This document shows, one piece after another, positions 30,808 through 40,222 of a stretch of DNA of 64,000 nt. The first letter of the stretch is position 1; each line of letters begins with the position of its first letter. The notes under the pieces were generated by a model. The model was not told the origin of the DNA. It did not search any database and worked only from the letters and a program-made list of their open reading frames with translations. The DNA comes from Bdellovibrionales bacterium (GTDB taxonomy: Bacteria > Bdellovibrionota > Bdellovibrionia > Bdellovibrionales > CAYMLA01), in assembly GCA_965217115.1 (NCBI GenBank), contig OZ244239.1, positions 864,001 to 928,000 on the forward strand, in the 5' to 3' direction. Position numbers and translations under genes: made by a program.

Positions 30808-31473
30808 TTGCAATCTATGGGCCCAGCAATAATGACCAATGCGAAGTTAAGAAAACGCTCCGATCTTCACTTAACTCGTAAGATTTGGCACGTTTTGAGT
30901 GTCTTTATTATCATTTTGATACATCTCTTCTCACCAAAAAATGTCATTGATGCCATACTCATTTTCGCTTGGATATCCTGTCTCTTCACAGAGGTTTCTC
31001 GCTTAAGATCAGAAAAAATGAATCGTCTTGTTATTTCTATTTTAGGCCCCGTCATGCGTCAGGGTGAAATTAATAAGATTTCAGGCCTCACCTACATGCT
31101 CATAGGAGTTTCCATTCTCCACACAACCTTTAGCGAAAACATCATCACTCTAAGTTTACTCTTTCTCTGTATGGCTGACCCTGCTGCCAGCTATATTGGA
31201 ATTCGTTTTGGCAAAAGAAAGCTTCTTCTCAACAAAACCTTCGAAGGGTTTATAACCGCATTCTCTGTTTGTTTTATTATCGCATGGACTTTTTTTACTA
31301 TTGAAAACTTAATGCCTAATCACATTATTATTACCTCCTTACTAGCTGGGTTATCAGGAGCCTTTTCTGAACTTATTCCCGTAGGGAAGCTAGATGATAA
31401 CTTAACTTTACCTGTTATAAGTGCTTCCTTGTTATCAGTTATCTTTTATTTCTTCACGGGACATCTTTCCTGA
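30808..31473 (+). CDS. Diacylglycerol/polyprenol (dolichol/phytol) kinase family membrane protein
   Basis: RKIWH, ADPAASYIGIRFG, KTFEG, DDNLTLP. Confidence 0.85.
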   Translation: MQSMGPAIMTNAKLRKRSDLHLTRKIWHVLSVFIIILIHLFSPKNVIDAILIFAWISCLFTEVSRLRSEKMNRLVISILGPVMRQGEINKISGLTYMLIGVSILHTTFSENIITLSLLFLCMADPAASYIGIRFGKRKLLLNKTFEGFITAFSVCFIIAWTFFTIENLMPNHIIITSLLAGLSGAFSELIPVGKLDDNLTLPVISASLLSVIFYFFTGHLS

Positions 31474-31474
31474 T

Positions 31475-32332
31475 ATGAACTCCCCCCATAAAAAAAAACT
31501 CAACCGAAAAAGAATTCAAGAAAAATTTTCTACCCATATTTATGTTCTCCCTAATCTTGTAACTACGGGAAACCTTTTTTTTGGTTATTACAGTATTATC
31601 CACGCCTTCCAAGGAAAGTTTATTACAGCCGCTTTTGCTATTGTCGCAGCCTCTATCTTTGATCTTCTCGATGGTCGAGTGGCAAGACTCACTCGCACAA
31701 CCAGTAAATTCGGCGCTGAATACGACTCTCTTTGTGATCTTGTTAGCTTTGGTATTGCTCCCTCTCTACTTCTTTATCTCTGGGCTTTACAACCTTTTGG
31801 CCGCTTGGGGTGGATGATTAGTTTTCTTTACGTCGCTTGCAGTGCTCTAAGATTGGCCCGTTTCAATGTCTCCGAAGATGAAGAAGCCAAAGGTTATTTT
31901 CAAGGGCTGCCCGTACCCATGGCGGCAGGTATCGTTGCCTCATCTGTTCTTGCTTTCCAAAATTTGAAACTAGACGCCTATGGCTCCATTGCTTTGCTAG
32001 CAATGACAGCTCTTTTAAGCTTTGTCATGGTCTCTAATTTTCGTTATCGAAGTTTCAAGGATGTCGACCTCAGACAACGCCTCCCCTTTCGTTATCTCGT
32101 TATTGGTATCAGTATTTTCTCTATCGTTGCCTATTGGCCAGAAGTGATGCTCTTTACCCTATTTCTCACCTATGCTGTTTTAGGAGCCCTCTTTGGCTTT
32201 CTTCGCCTAGGTAAAAAACCAAAATTTTTAATGAGAAAAACAGCCCATGATATTCTAGAGGAAGAACTTTTAGCAGCTCAGGAAGCCGAAGAAGAAGAAG
32301 AAGATGATGATGAACAAGGTGTTTTAACATGA
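31475..32332 (+). CDS. pssA: CDP-diacylglycerol-serine O-phosphatidyltransferase
   Basis: PNLVT, DLLDGRVAR..SKFGAEYDSLCD, LRLARFN, FQGLPVP. Confidence 0.92.
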   Translation: MNSPHKKKLNRKRIQEKFSTHIYVLPNLVTTGNLFFGYYSIIHAFQGKFITAAFAIVAASIFDLLDGRVARLTRTTSKFGAEYDSLCDLVSFGIAPSLLLYLWALQPFGRLGWMISFLYVACSALRLARFNVSEDEEAKGYFQGLPVPMAAGIVASSVLAFQNLKLDAYGSIALLAMTALLSFVMVSNFRYRSFKDVDLRQRLPFRYLVIGISIFSIVAYWPEVMLFTLFLTYAVLGALFGFLRLGKKPKFLMRKTAHDILEEELLAAQEAEEEEEDDDEQGVLT

Positions 32333-33348
32333 CCTTAAATGTTGGCCTTGTCGGCGCAACAGGCCTTGTCGGTCAAACGTTCATAGAACTTCTCGAAAAA
32401 AGGTCTTTCCCCATTGGTGATCTTCGCCTCTTTGCCAGCGTCCAATCAAAAGGACAAACACTGAATTTTCAAGGTCGAGAGATTCCCCTACAAACTTTGG
32501 AATCTGACCCCCTGCAACCCCATTGTTTTGAGGGGTTAGACGTTGTTTTTTTCTCATCAAAGGATGATGTCAGTCGAAAATGGGTTCCAGAGGCCGTGTC
32601 TCAAGGGGCTTTTGCTATTGATAACTCTTCATCTTTTCGCCTAATAAATGAACACCTCTTGATTGTGCCTGAAGTTAATGGACATCTCTTGCCTTCAAAA
32701 AAAAATCCTTGCATCGTTGCCAATCCCAATTGCTCAACCATACAGCTTGTGATGGCTCTTAAACCATTACAAGAAGAGTTTGGATTAACTCAAGTGCGTC
32801 TGTCCACCTATCAAGCTGTCAGTGGCGCGGGCAAAGCTGGGAAAGACGAACTTCTACAACAGACAAATGACAAGAACGTCCCGCCCTCTGTTTTTCCCGC
32901 TCCTATCGCTTTTAACTGCGTTCCACAAGTGGGCTCACTTAATGATGATGGTTTTTGCAGCGAAGAAATTAAAATTATTGATGAATCCAAAAAAATACTT
33001 GAGAACCCCTCTTTGCAAATTTCATCCTTCACTGTGCGCGTACCAGTTATCAGTGGTCACAGTCAAACTGTATGGGTTACCTTAGATGAACAAAAAGGTT
33101 CACCTACGACCCATGAAGTTCAACGAGCTTTACAAAATTTTCCTGGAATTGCCATGTACAAAAATGACTTTCCCACAGCACAGACAACCTCAGAAACATA
33201 TCCAGTTCACGTTGGCCGCATCCACAAGGATATGGCCTTTGCTAACACTTGGTTGATGTGGATTGTGGCCGATAATGTTTATAAAGGGGCCGCTCTTAAT
33301 GGCTTGCAAATCGCTGAACATATTTTTGACATCACCCCTAGAACATGA
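32329..33348 (+). CDS. asd: Aspartate-semialdehyde dehydrogenase
   Basis: VGATGLVG, ANPNCSTIQ, YQAVSGAG, KGAALNG. Confidence 0.95.
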   Translation: MTLNVGLVGATGLVGQTFIELLEKRSFPIGDLRLFASVQSKGQTLNFQGREIPLQTLESDPLQPHCFEGLDVVFFSSKDDVSRKWVPEAVSQGAFAIDNSSSFRLINEHLLIVPEVNGHLLPSKKNPCIVANPNCSTIQLVMALKPLQEEFGLTQVRLSTYQAVSGAGKAGKDELLQQTNDKNVPPSVFPAPIAFNCVPQVGSLNDDGFCSEEIKIIDESKKILENPSLQISSFTVRVPVISGHSQTVWVTLDEQKGSPTTHEVQRALQNFPGIAMYKNDFPTAQTTSETYPVHVGRIHKDMAFANTWLMWIVADNVYKGAALNGLQIAEHIFDITPRT

Positions 33349-33360
33349 TCTGATTTCAAT

Positions 33361-35526
33361 ATGACAGCTTTTTTTTCTAGAGGTTTATTCAGCGTTTTCC
33401 TTATTCTTGGTCTTCAAAATGCAATCGCAACCGTCTCTATCTCTAGTATTCGTAACGCTTCCAACTATAGCCTGAGTAGTCGTGTCATTTACGGAGGAGT
33501 TGCTGGCCGATTTGATGCTTGCAACCAAGAAGACATCGACAATGGCACTGTCTGTGATAATTGTATTGGGCTAACGACATCGGCGGTGTGTAATCGAAAA
33601 CGAATCTACGATAATCTAGAGTTATCCATTACTATTTCATCCGACAGCAGAGATGTTAGTGGCGCCACAACAAAATTATTCTATGGCGATCAAGAGGTTG
33701 CCATTCCATCACCGGTCTCAGGCATCAACACTAATGACAGCGTCACTGTGAATATTCCATGGGGAAATATTTGCAACGCAGTACTGGGGACGTCTTCTTG
33801 TGACTCAAGTACCTATGAAGGTTTTAATAAAACTTTTACCCTTGGCTTTAGCAACGACGACAGCAGTACATTCACTGATTCCACCTCACTGCAAATCTTC
33901 TTACAACCATCTAATTCTGGGAGTAATAACGATGATTTCCAAAGCAGTGATCCGAATGATCGTATTTATGGCTTTTCTTCATTTAAAATTTTTCCTGGTG
34001 ATGAAAAAGTTTACTTAGATGACAGTTCTAATGATGGACTTACTGTCTCTGCTAATTTCCCAAGTACTAAATACCAACCCGTCAAATTCACCGCCCTACG
34101 CCTGTTCTTTGAGGAAGGAACTGATTTCACCAGAGTAACTCCTGCTTCATCTTTTGTAGATTTTGAACTTATCGATCCTGACTCTCTCTTATTCAAAACT
34201 TCTTTCGCTGAAGGACTTAAAAACGGTCAGCAATATGTTTTTCGCGCTGCCAGTGTGGACACTGCTCGTAACGTGACTCTTTTTTTTCCTGATAGTTACT
34301 TAAATCTCAACGACCATTCAGCCACACCTAACCCTGTCTACGGTCTACTCGATGGCAATACCAATTGCTTTATTGCCTCGGCCACTTTCGGTTCTAAATG
34401 GTCTCCCGAGGTTCAAACCTTTAGAGATTTTCGTAATCGCTTCCTTCACCCCTACAGCTGGGGACAGAAGTTCACTCGGTTTTATTACAACTACAGCCCT
34501 TTCTGGGCTAAGAAAATTCAAGAAAACTCTACCCTAAAAACCCTGGCACAACTTTTCCTATGGCCACTCTGGGCAGTTATTTCTCTTTTGCTTCATGGCA
34601 AACTCGGGCTGCTTCTCATTTGTTCTCTACTTTTTCTTATCACTTCATTCACATATTATAGAAGACGGAAAAAAAAACTCTCTTTGTCGTCAAATAGATA
34701 TACTCTCAATATCTTACTTATAATATCATCTCTCTCCTTTCCCCAGCCTTCCTTTAGTTTAGAAGAACAAGATTATCGTAAAATCGAAGTGACATCTTCA
34801 CAAAAACTCATTCCTCAGTCGGGCGATGATTACGAGCTTATTCGCCATCCCCACGCTAAAAAAGGTCTCAAACGTATAACAAAGAAGGGAATTTATCTTT
34901 ACCATGTTGATACTTCCAGTAATGACACCTCTGGTTCTTTTAAAATGGGCTTCACTGACATTCCAAAAATATCTTCAACCAATTCTCAAGACACGATCAA
35001 TTTTTCCGATGTTTATGGGTCGGGTCCAATCAATACTTTCTACGGAGATTATGAATGGAAAAATCTTGTCAGTACTTTCGGTTTTAAAATTGGCACAGGT
35101 CTGTCCATAAGTTTTGGGAATGGGCAGATTCAAGATAACTCAGGTCAACTCGTCTCCTCTAAAGAAAAATTTCAGCTATGGATGATTCCTCTGGATGTGG
35201 GCCTTAATTGGCGATGGGAACTTTTTAAAAAACAAATGTTTGTTCCTTATTTTTATGGTGGTTTCTCAGCAATTTTGCTTATGGAAACAAGGGATGATAA
35301 AAATATTTTAGATTCAAAGTTTGCCTATTCCCTTGCGGGAGTCAGCGCAGGGGGCATTGCACTTCGTTTAGATAGTTTAGACCCAAGTTCTACTCTTATC
35401 CTAGATAGAGATTACGGAATCAACTCCATGTTCCTTGTTGCAGAATATCGCATTCAGCAGGGAATACTTAAGGATTTGGATTTTACAACCAACTCTCTGA
35501 ATGTCGGAATCATCGTCGATTTCTAA
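33361..35526 (+). CDS. Secreted Cys-rich protein with internal CFI-box-CTERM and C-terminal beta-barrel-like domain
   Basis: Signal peptide, NCFIASATFG..FRDFRNRFL, TM plus RRRKKK, second hydrophobic segment, beta-rich tail ending in F. Confidence 0.7.
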   Translation: MTAFFSRGLFSVFLILGLQNAIATVSISSIRNASNYSLSSRVIYGGVAGRFDACNQEDIDNGTVCDNCIGLTTSAVCNRKRIYDNLELSITISSDSRDVSGATTKLFYGDQEVAIPSPVSGINTNDSVTVNIPWGNICNAVLGTSSCDSSTYEGFNKTFTLGFSNDDSSTFTDSTSLQIFLQPSNSGSNNDDFQSSDPNDRIYGFSSFKIFPGDEKVYLDDSSNDGLTVSANFPSTKYQPVKFTALRLFFEEGTDFTRVTPASSFVDFELIDPDSLLFKTSFAEGLKNGQQYVFRAASVDTARNVTLFFPDSYLNLNDHSATPNPVYGLLDGNTNCFIASATFGSKWSPEVQTFRDFRNRFLHPYSWGQKFTRFYYNYSPFWAKKIQENSTLKTLAQLFLWPLWAVISLLLHGKLGLLLICSLLFLITSFTYYRRRKKKLSLSSNRYTLNILLIISSLSFPQPSFSLEEQDYRKIEVTSSQKLIPQSGDDYELIRHPHAKKGLKRITKKGIYLYHVDTSSNDTSGSFKMGFTDIPKISSTNSQDTINFSDVYGSGPINTFYGDYEWKNLVSTFGFKIGTGLSISFGNGQIQDNSGQLVSSKEKFQLWMIPLDVGLNWRWELFKKQMFVPYFYGGFSAILLMETRDDKNILDSKFAYSLAGVSAGGIALRLDSLDPSSTLILDRDYGINSMFLVAEYRIQQGILKDLDFTTNSLNVGIIVDF

Positions 35527-35560
35527 TTGAACACAGTGTAACATAAGAGGTCTGGTTAAA

Positions 35561-36358
35561 ATGTTACGTGATTCCTCCCACAAACAACGAGTTCGCTTGC
35601 TTGTCGCCTATGACGGAACTCCCTTTCAAGGATGGCAGAAGCAACCCTCAGGTAAACCAACGGTGCAAGGAAAACTCGAAAAAGCACTCTCACAGATTTT
35701 TGACGAGCCCATTATTCTTCAGGGTTCAGGGAGAACCGACTCTGGGGTCCATGCCATCGGCCAAACTGCCCATTTCGATACCTTTAAAGACCCCAGGCAA
35801 TACAGTCTACTCTACTCCCTTGAGAGTATGACGCCCAAAGAGATCACTATCCGAAAGACGCAACTGGCTCCATCTACTTTTCACGCCAGAGGCTCGGCTA
35901 TAAATAAAATTTATAAATATTTTATTCTCACTCGACCTGTGCCAAGCCCATTTCACCACAACCACATGTTTTGGAGCCGCCAACCACTGAATATTGATTT
36001 CCTCAACCAGGCCAGCCAGTTTCTTATCGGTCGAATGGATTTTAAATGCTTTCAGAGCGCTGGAACTTCTGTGGTCACAACCACACGGACCATACACACC
36101 GCTCATTGGAAAATACTCCCTGAAAACAGTATCTTAGAGTTTACCATCTCAGGCAGTGGTTTTCTCAAACAAATGGTTAGGAGCATTATTGGAACCCTTT
36201 TGGATATGTACTTTCAAGGACTAGACCCTGAGCATATGAAGAAGGTCATCTTGTCCCAGGATCGAAGAATGGCTGGAAGGACGGCACACCCCCATGGACT
36301 TTATCTTTACCGAGTTAATTACCCAAAGATACTTGACAATAAGTGCCTGCAATTTTAA
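35561..36358 (+). CDS. truA: tRNA pseudouridine(38-40) synthase
   Basis: AYDGT.FQGWQ, SGRTDSGVHA, FLKQMVR. Confidence 0.95.
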   Translation: MLRDSSHKQRVRLLVAYDGTPFQGWQKQPSGKPTVQGKLEKALSQIFDEPIILQGSGRTDSGVHAIGQTAHFDTFKDPRQYSLLYSLESMTPKEITIRKTQLAPSTFHARGSAINKIYKYFILTRPVPSPFHHNHMFWSRQPLNIDFLNQASQFLIGRMDFKCFQSAGTSVVTTTRTIHTAHWKILPENSILEFTISGSGFLKQMVRSIIGTLLDMYFQGLDPEHMKKVILSQDRRMAGRTAHPHGLYLYRVNYPKILDNKCLQF

Positions 36359-36397
36359 AACATTTCTTCTGCATTCTTAGATATTTAAGAGGAAAAA

Positions 36398-36823
36398 ATG
36401 AAAACATGGAACGCAAAAAAAGGTTTCGACCGTAAATGGTGGATTGTGGATGCCGAGAATAAAAATGTCGGCCGTATCGCCACTCAGGTAGCTATGATTT
36501 TACGGGGTAAACACCGTCCGACCTTCACTCCCCATGTAGATGCTGGTGATTTTGTTGTCATTATCAACACGGACAAAGTGAAGTTTTCCGGGAATAAGTG
36601 GCAAGATAAAAAGTACTACAGTCATTCAAGGTTCTTTGGCTCTCTAAAAGAACTTTCAGCAAAAGAAATGCTGGAAAAAGATTCACCGTACATTCTCAAA
36701 CACGCCGTTCAAGGAATGTTACCTAAAAATCGCTTGGGCCGTCAGTTAATTACAAAACTAAAAGCCTACTCTGGGGCAGAACATCCCCATAGTGCGCAGA
36801 AGCCAGAAGCATTAACGCTTTGA
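36398..36823 (+). CDS. rplM: 50S ribosomal protein L13
   Basis: LRGKHRPTFTPHVDAGD, GMLPKNRLGR, HPHSAQKP. Confidence 0.97.
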   Translation: MKTWNAKKGFDRKWWIVDAENKNVGRIATQVAMILRGKHRPTFTPHVDAGDFVVIINTDKVKFSGNKWQDKKYYSHSRFFGSLKELSAKEMLEKDSPYILKHAVQGMLPKNRLGRQLITKLKAYSGAEHPHSAQKPEALTL

Positions 36824-36836
36824 GGAGCAAGATTTA

Positions 36837-37232
36837 ATGTCTAAAGAAGATATTTTTTATGCAACAGGGAGAAGAAAATCCAGCGCTGCTCGTGTGTTTA
36901 TGAAGTCTGGTAGTGGAAAATTCACTATCAATGGAAAAAAAGCAGAGGATTACCTTGCTGGAAAATCTGCCAAGGCTGATATACTGTTACCGCTACAAAC
37001 AGCCAATAGCAGTGGTCAATTTGATATTAATGTCACTGTGAAAGGCGGTGGCATTACGGGACAAGCTGGGGCCATTCGTTTAGGCGTTGCTCGCTGTCTA
37101 GTCGCTTTTGACGAAAAACTACGGGACTCTTTAAAATCTTCAGGCTATTTGAAGCGAGATTCTCGTATGGTTGAGAGAAAAAAATACGGTCTCCGTGGAG
37201 CCCGTCGAGCGACTCAATTCTCTAAACGTTAA
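36837..37232 (+). CDS. rpsI: 30S ribosomal protein S9
   Basis: TGRRKSSAARV, GGGITGQAGAIR, QFSKR. Confidence 0.97.
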   Translation: MSKEDIFYATGRRKSSAARVFMKSGSGKFTINGKKAEDYLAGKSAKADILLPLQTANSSGQFDINVTVKGGGITGQAGAIRLGVARCLVAFDEKLRDSLKSSGYLKRDSRMVERKKYGLRGARRATQFSKR

Positions 37233-37325
37233 TTTAATAACGTTAATTTAATTTTAACAAAAAAATAAGCCGCTTTTTAATTGGCTCTCTGTTGTTTAAC
37301 GAGTTCTCGGAAATGAGATTGTTAT

Positions 37326-38342
37326 TTATTTATTGAGAATGTAATTAAGGGGATCGACGGGAACTCCGTTGATTCTTACTTCGTAGTGTAAATGAGGACC
37401 TGTGGACCTCCCTGTGTTTCCAACAGCGGCAATAACATCAAAACGAGACAACTTTTGCCCGACAGTTACATAGGTTTCAGAGGAATGACCGTAGCGAGTT
37501 ACGACTCCATAACCATGATCAATAGCTATAAGCTTTCCATAATCTCCATCATAACCAACAAAACTAACAACACCTGCTGCTGGAGCCTTGATCGGTGTGC
37601 CGGGGGCCGCCGCAATATCAATTCCATTATGCATAGCAGGAGCACCAGTAAAAGGTGACGTTCTATAACCAAACCTTGATGTGTCCCAGCCATTTGCTAT
37701 TGGTCTCACACTCGGCGTAGAGGTGAGCAAGCTCTGTCTTTCAGATAAATCAGTCCAAAGTTGTAGCAACTCTTGCTCTTGAAGAGATGTCTCCTCAAAA
37801 ACTTTGTCTATGCGGATAGCCAAAGAAACATACATCCTCCGTTCAGAGGAATATATCTCATCATCTCCAGCTCGTGAAGGTAGGTTTTGATAAAACTTTT
37901 GGTCTTTTCCCGCTGGTTCCGATGATAAAGATCTCTTCCTACTTAAATTTCGATTATAAATATTAAAACCCTGGCCCATCTCAGGCAAAGGTCCAACGGC
38001 TAACTGCAACTGACGTTCATCTTTATCTTGACTAGGAATGAGCAGTTTTAATTTGGTGTAAAATATTTTAACACGGTTGAGGTTATTTTCTAAAGCAGTC
38101 AGCTTACCTTCAACCTCTTTGAATTGTTCTTTTAGCTGAGTATTCTCTACGTGCAGATGTTTATTCTCTACGGACTGAGCAAAAAGATTCCAGTAATCAA
38201 CTGCTCCTGCCGTCAGAAGCACCGCCAATGTAAAAACAATAATCCCACCTGACTTTAGCCAACGATCAGACACAGAGATGCGTTTCATTTTCCCTCTATT
38301 ATCAGACACAATAAAAAAAGTGATCTTATTCTTGCTCAACAA
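37326..38342 (-). CDS. M23-family metallopeptidase with TM and coiled coil
   Basis: HNGIDI, RYGH, STGPHLHYEV. Confidence 0.9.
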   Translation of the reverse strand: MLSKNKITFFIVSDNRGKMKRISVSDRWLKSGGIIVFTLAVLLTAGAVDYWNLFAQSVENKHLHVENTQLKEQFKEVEGKLTALENNLNRVKIFYTKLKLLIPSQDKDERQLQLAVGPLPEMGQGFNIYNRNLSRKRSLSSEPAGKDQKFYQNLPSRAGDDEIYSSERRMYVSLAIRIDKVFEETSLQEQELLQLWTDLSERQSLLTSTPSVRPIANGWDTSRFGYRTSPFTGAPAMHNGIDIAAAPGTPIKAPAAGVVSFVGYDGDYGKLIAIDHGYGVVTRYGHSSETYVTVGQKLSRFDVIAAVGNTGRSTGPHLHYEVRINGVPVDPLNYILNK

Positions 38343-38404
38343 TTAACTCCTCAACATTCTTCACGATTCAGTCATCGACAATCTAAAGCTAATGCCTAAA
38401 CGCG

Positions 38405-39130
38405 TCAACTTGATTTTACCTGTAAAATCAATGCTGTAATATTATCTTCACCGCCATTAGCCTTAGCCTCTTTTATACACTTTTCTACACCCGCCTTGCA
38501 GCTTAAATCATTCACTATATGAGATAGGACTTCATCGTCCACCATCCCAGTTAGCCCATCGGAACAAATCAAGTATTTCTCATCAACAATCAACTTTCTT
38601 TTATAAATATCACAGGAAACATTGGCTTCGTATCCGACGCTCCGCGTTATTATATTCCTTCCTGAGTAGCTTTTTATGTTCTCTACACTCAAAACACCAG
38701 CTTTGACTTGTTGGTTCACCAGCGAATGATCTTCTGTCACTTGCCAAAAATTCCCATTAGATGACAGATAGACTCTTGAATCTCCCACATTACCTATGTA
38801 CACAGTGTCACGCATAACATAGCAAAGTACCATCGTCGTTCCCATTCCCTTCAACTCAGCAACCTCTTGGCTTTTAGTAAAAATACGCTGGTTCACCTCC
38901 TTATAAACCGCTTGTAAAAGCTCTTCAGGAGCCAAGCGACTGGTCTTCTGCTCCTGGAGAAACTCTTTTGCTGTTTTCACAGCAATATTAGAAGCCACCT
39001 CGCCACCCTTATGGCCACCCATTCCATCGGCAACAATATAAAGCCCCAAGCTCTCATCAACTAAAAATGAATCTTGATTACTACTACGGCTAAGGCCCGT
39101 ATCTGTTTCACACCAAACATCTAAATACAT
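38405..39130 (-). CDS. PP2C-type (Stp1/PrpC) Ser/Thr phosphatase
   Basis: NQDS, VADGMGGH, NVGDSR, CSDGL, GGEDNIT. Confidence 0.92.
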   Translation of the reverse strand: MYLDVWCETDTGLSRSSNQDSFLVDESLGLYIVADGMGGHKGGEVASNIAVKTAKEFLQEQKTSRLAPEELLQAVYKEVNQRIFTKSQEVAELKGMGTTMVLCYVMRDTVYIGNVGDSRVYLSSNGNFWQVTEDHSLVNQQVKAGVLSVENIKSYSGRNIITRSVGYEANVSCDIYKRKLIVDEKYLICSDGLTGMVDDEVLSHIVNDLSCKAGVEKCIKEAKANGGEDNITALILQVKSS

Positions 39131-39281
39131 AATTCAACCATTCTAAACTAATTTTTACTAAGGTCACAAAAAAACTCTTTAAAATTATCGTAAAAGTAGA
39201 ATCAAACCTAGTCTAGGAAGAAAAACACCATTATTATGATATTTAGACTTTAATAGCCGCAAAAAACAGCCGAAAAGCTAT

Positions 39282-40085
39282 GTGAATATGGAAATATTTA
39301 AAAGAACAACTCTCTACCACTGTATTGCCCTCTCCTTTCTCTGCCATCTCATCCTTACAGGAGGAGTCTGGCTAGTTCCAACACACAAACAACAGCAACC
39401 TGTCACTATTGATGTTATTTCATCAAGAGACACCCCTAAAATAAAGAGACAGATCGTCGAGCAGCCTAAGAAAAGTATCAACAACATCTCTCCTAAAAAA
39501 ACTCGGTTTCTTGGAAGGCATAACCAGAAGATTCTTAAACAAACCCAAGCAAAAAGCCATGGTGCTTTTAAAAACACTTCCCTTCCAATAAATAGCCCCA
39601 TTAAAAAAACACGAAGAGAATCCAAATGGACGCGATTTTCACCAAAATATAAGTTCTCTTATACAAAAAAAAACAACTCAACTTTAAAGCCCTCGCAAAC
39701 CAACGACGCCCTCAAAGATATTGCTAAAGGAACTCACACTCTTCTCAATACTAGAGAATTTATTTATTATTCCTACTATTCTCGTATTCGTAAACAGCTA
39801 CGCCAGCGTTGGGAAAAAAACATCCGCAAGAAACTGTCTGAAATATATAAATCAGGACGAGCCATTGCCACAACACATAATCACGCTACTAAGATATTGG
39901 TAGTCCTCAACACTAAAGGCGACCTACTTAACATCAAAGTACTTGGACATTCAGGAGTTAAAGACTTGGATGCCGCTGCCATTGAAGCTTTTCGGTCTGC
40001 CGCCCCCTTTCCCAATCCCCCTAAGGGAATTGTTAACTCAAAAGGGCAAATTCAAATTCCGTGGGAATTTGTCATAGAAACCTAG
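39282..40085 (+). CDS. TonB-family C-terminal domain protein
   Basis: SFLCH TM anchor, SGVKDLDAAAIEAFRSAAPFPNPP. Confidence 0.8.
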   Translation: MNMEIFKRTTLYHCIALSFLCHLILTGGVWLVPTHKQQQPVTIDVISSRDTPKIKRQIVEQPKKSINNISPKKTRFLGRHNQKILKQTQAKSHGAFKNTSLPINSPIKKTRRESKWTRFSPKYKFSYTKKNNSTLKPSQTNDALKDIAKGTHTLLNTREFIYYSYYSRIRKQLRQRWEKNIRKKLSEIYKSGRAIATTHNHATKILVVLNTKGDLLNIKVLGHSGVKDLDAAAIEAFRSAAPFPNPPKGIVNSKGQIQIPWEFVIET

Positions 40086-40222
40086 TAGGGGCTTTTGCGA
40101 ATTTTCGCTCTTACTTTCTTATTTATTCCTCGTTTTTATAGGTAATCAGGTTTATATCCGATAAGTTTACATATACAATTAACGAACAATACTCTCTCAA
40201 CAAAACAAATTAGGATGCATCT

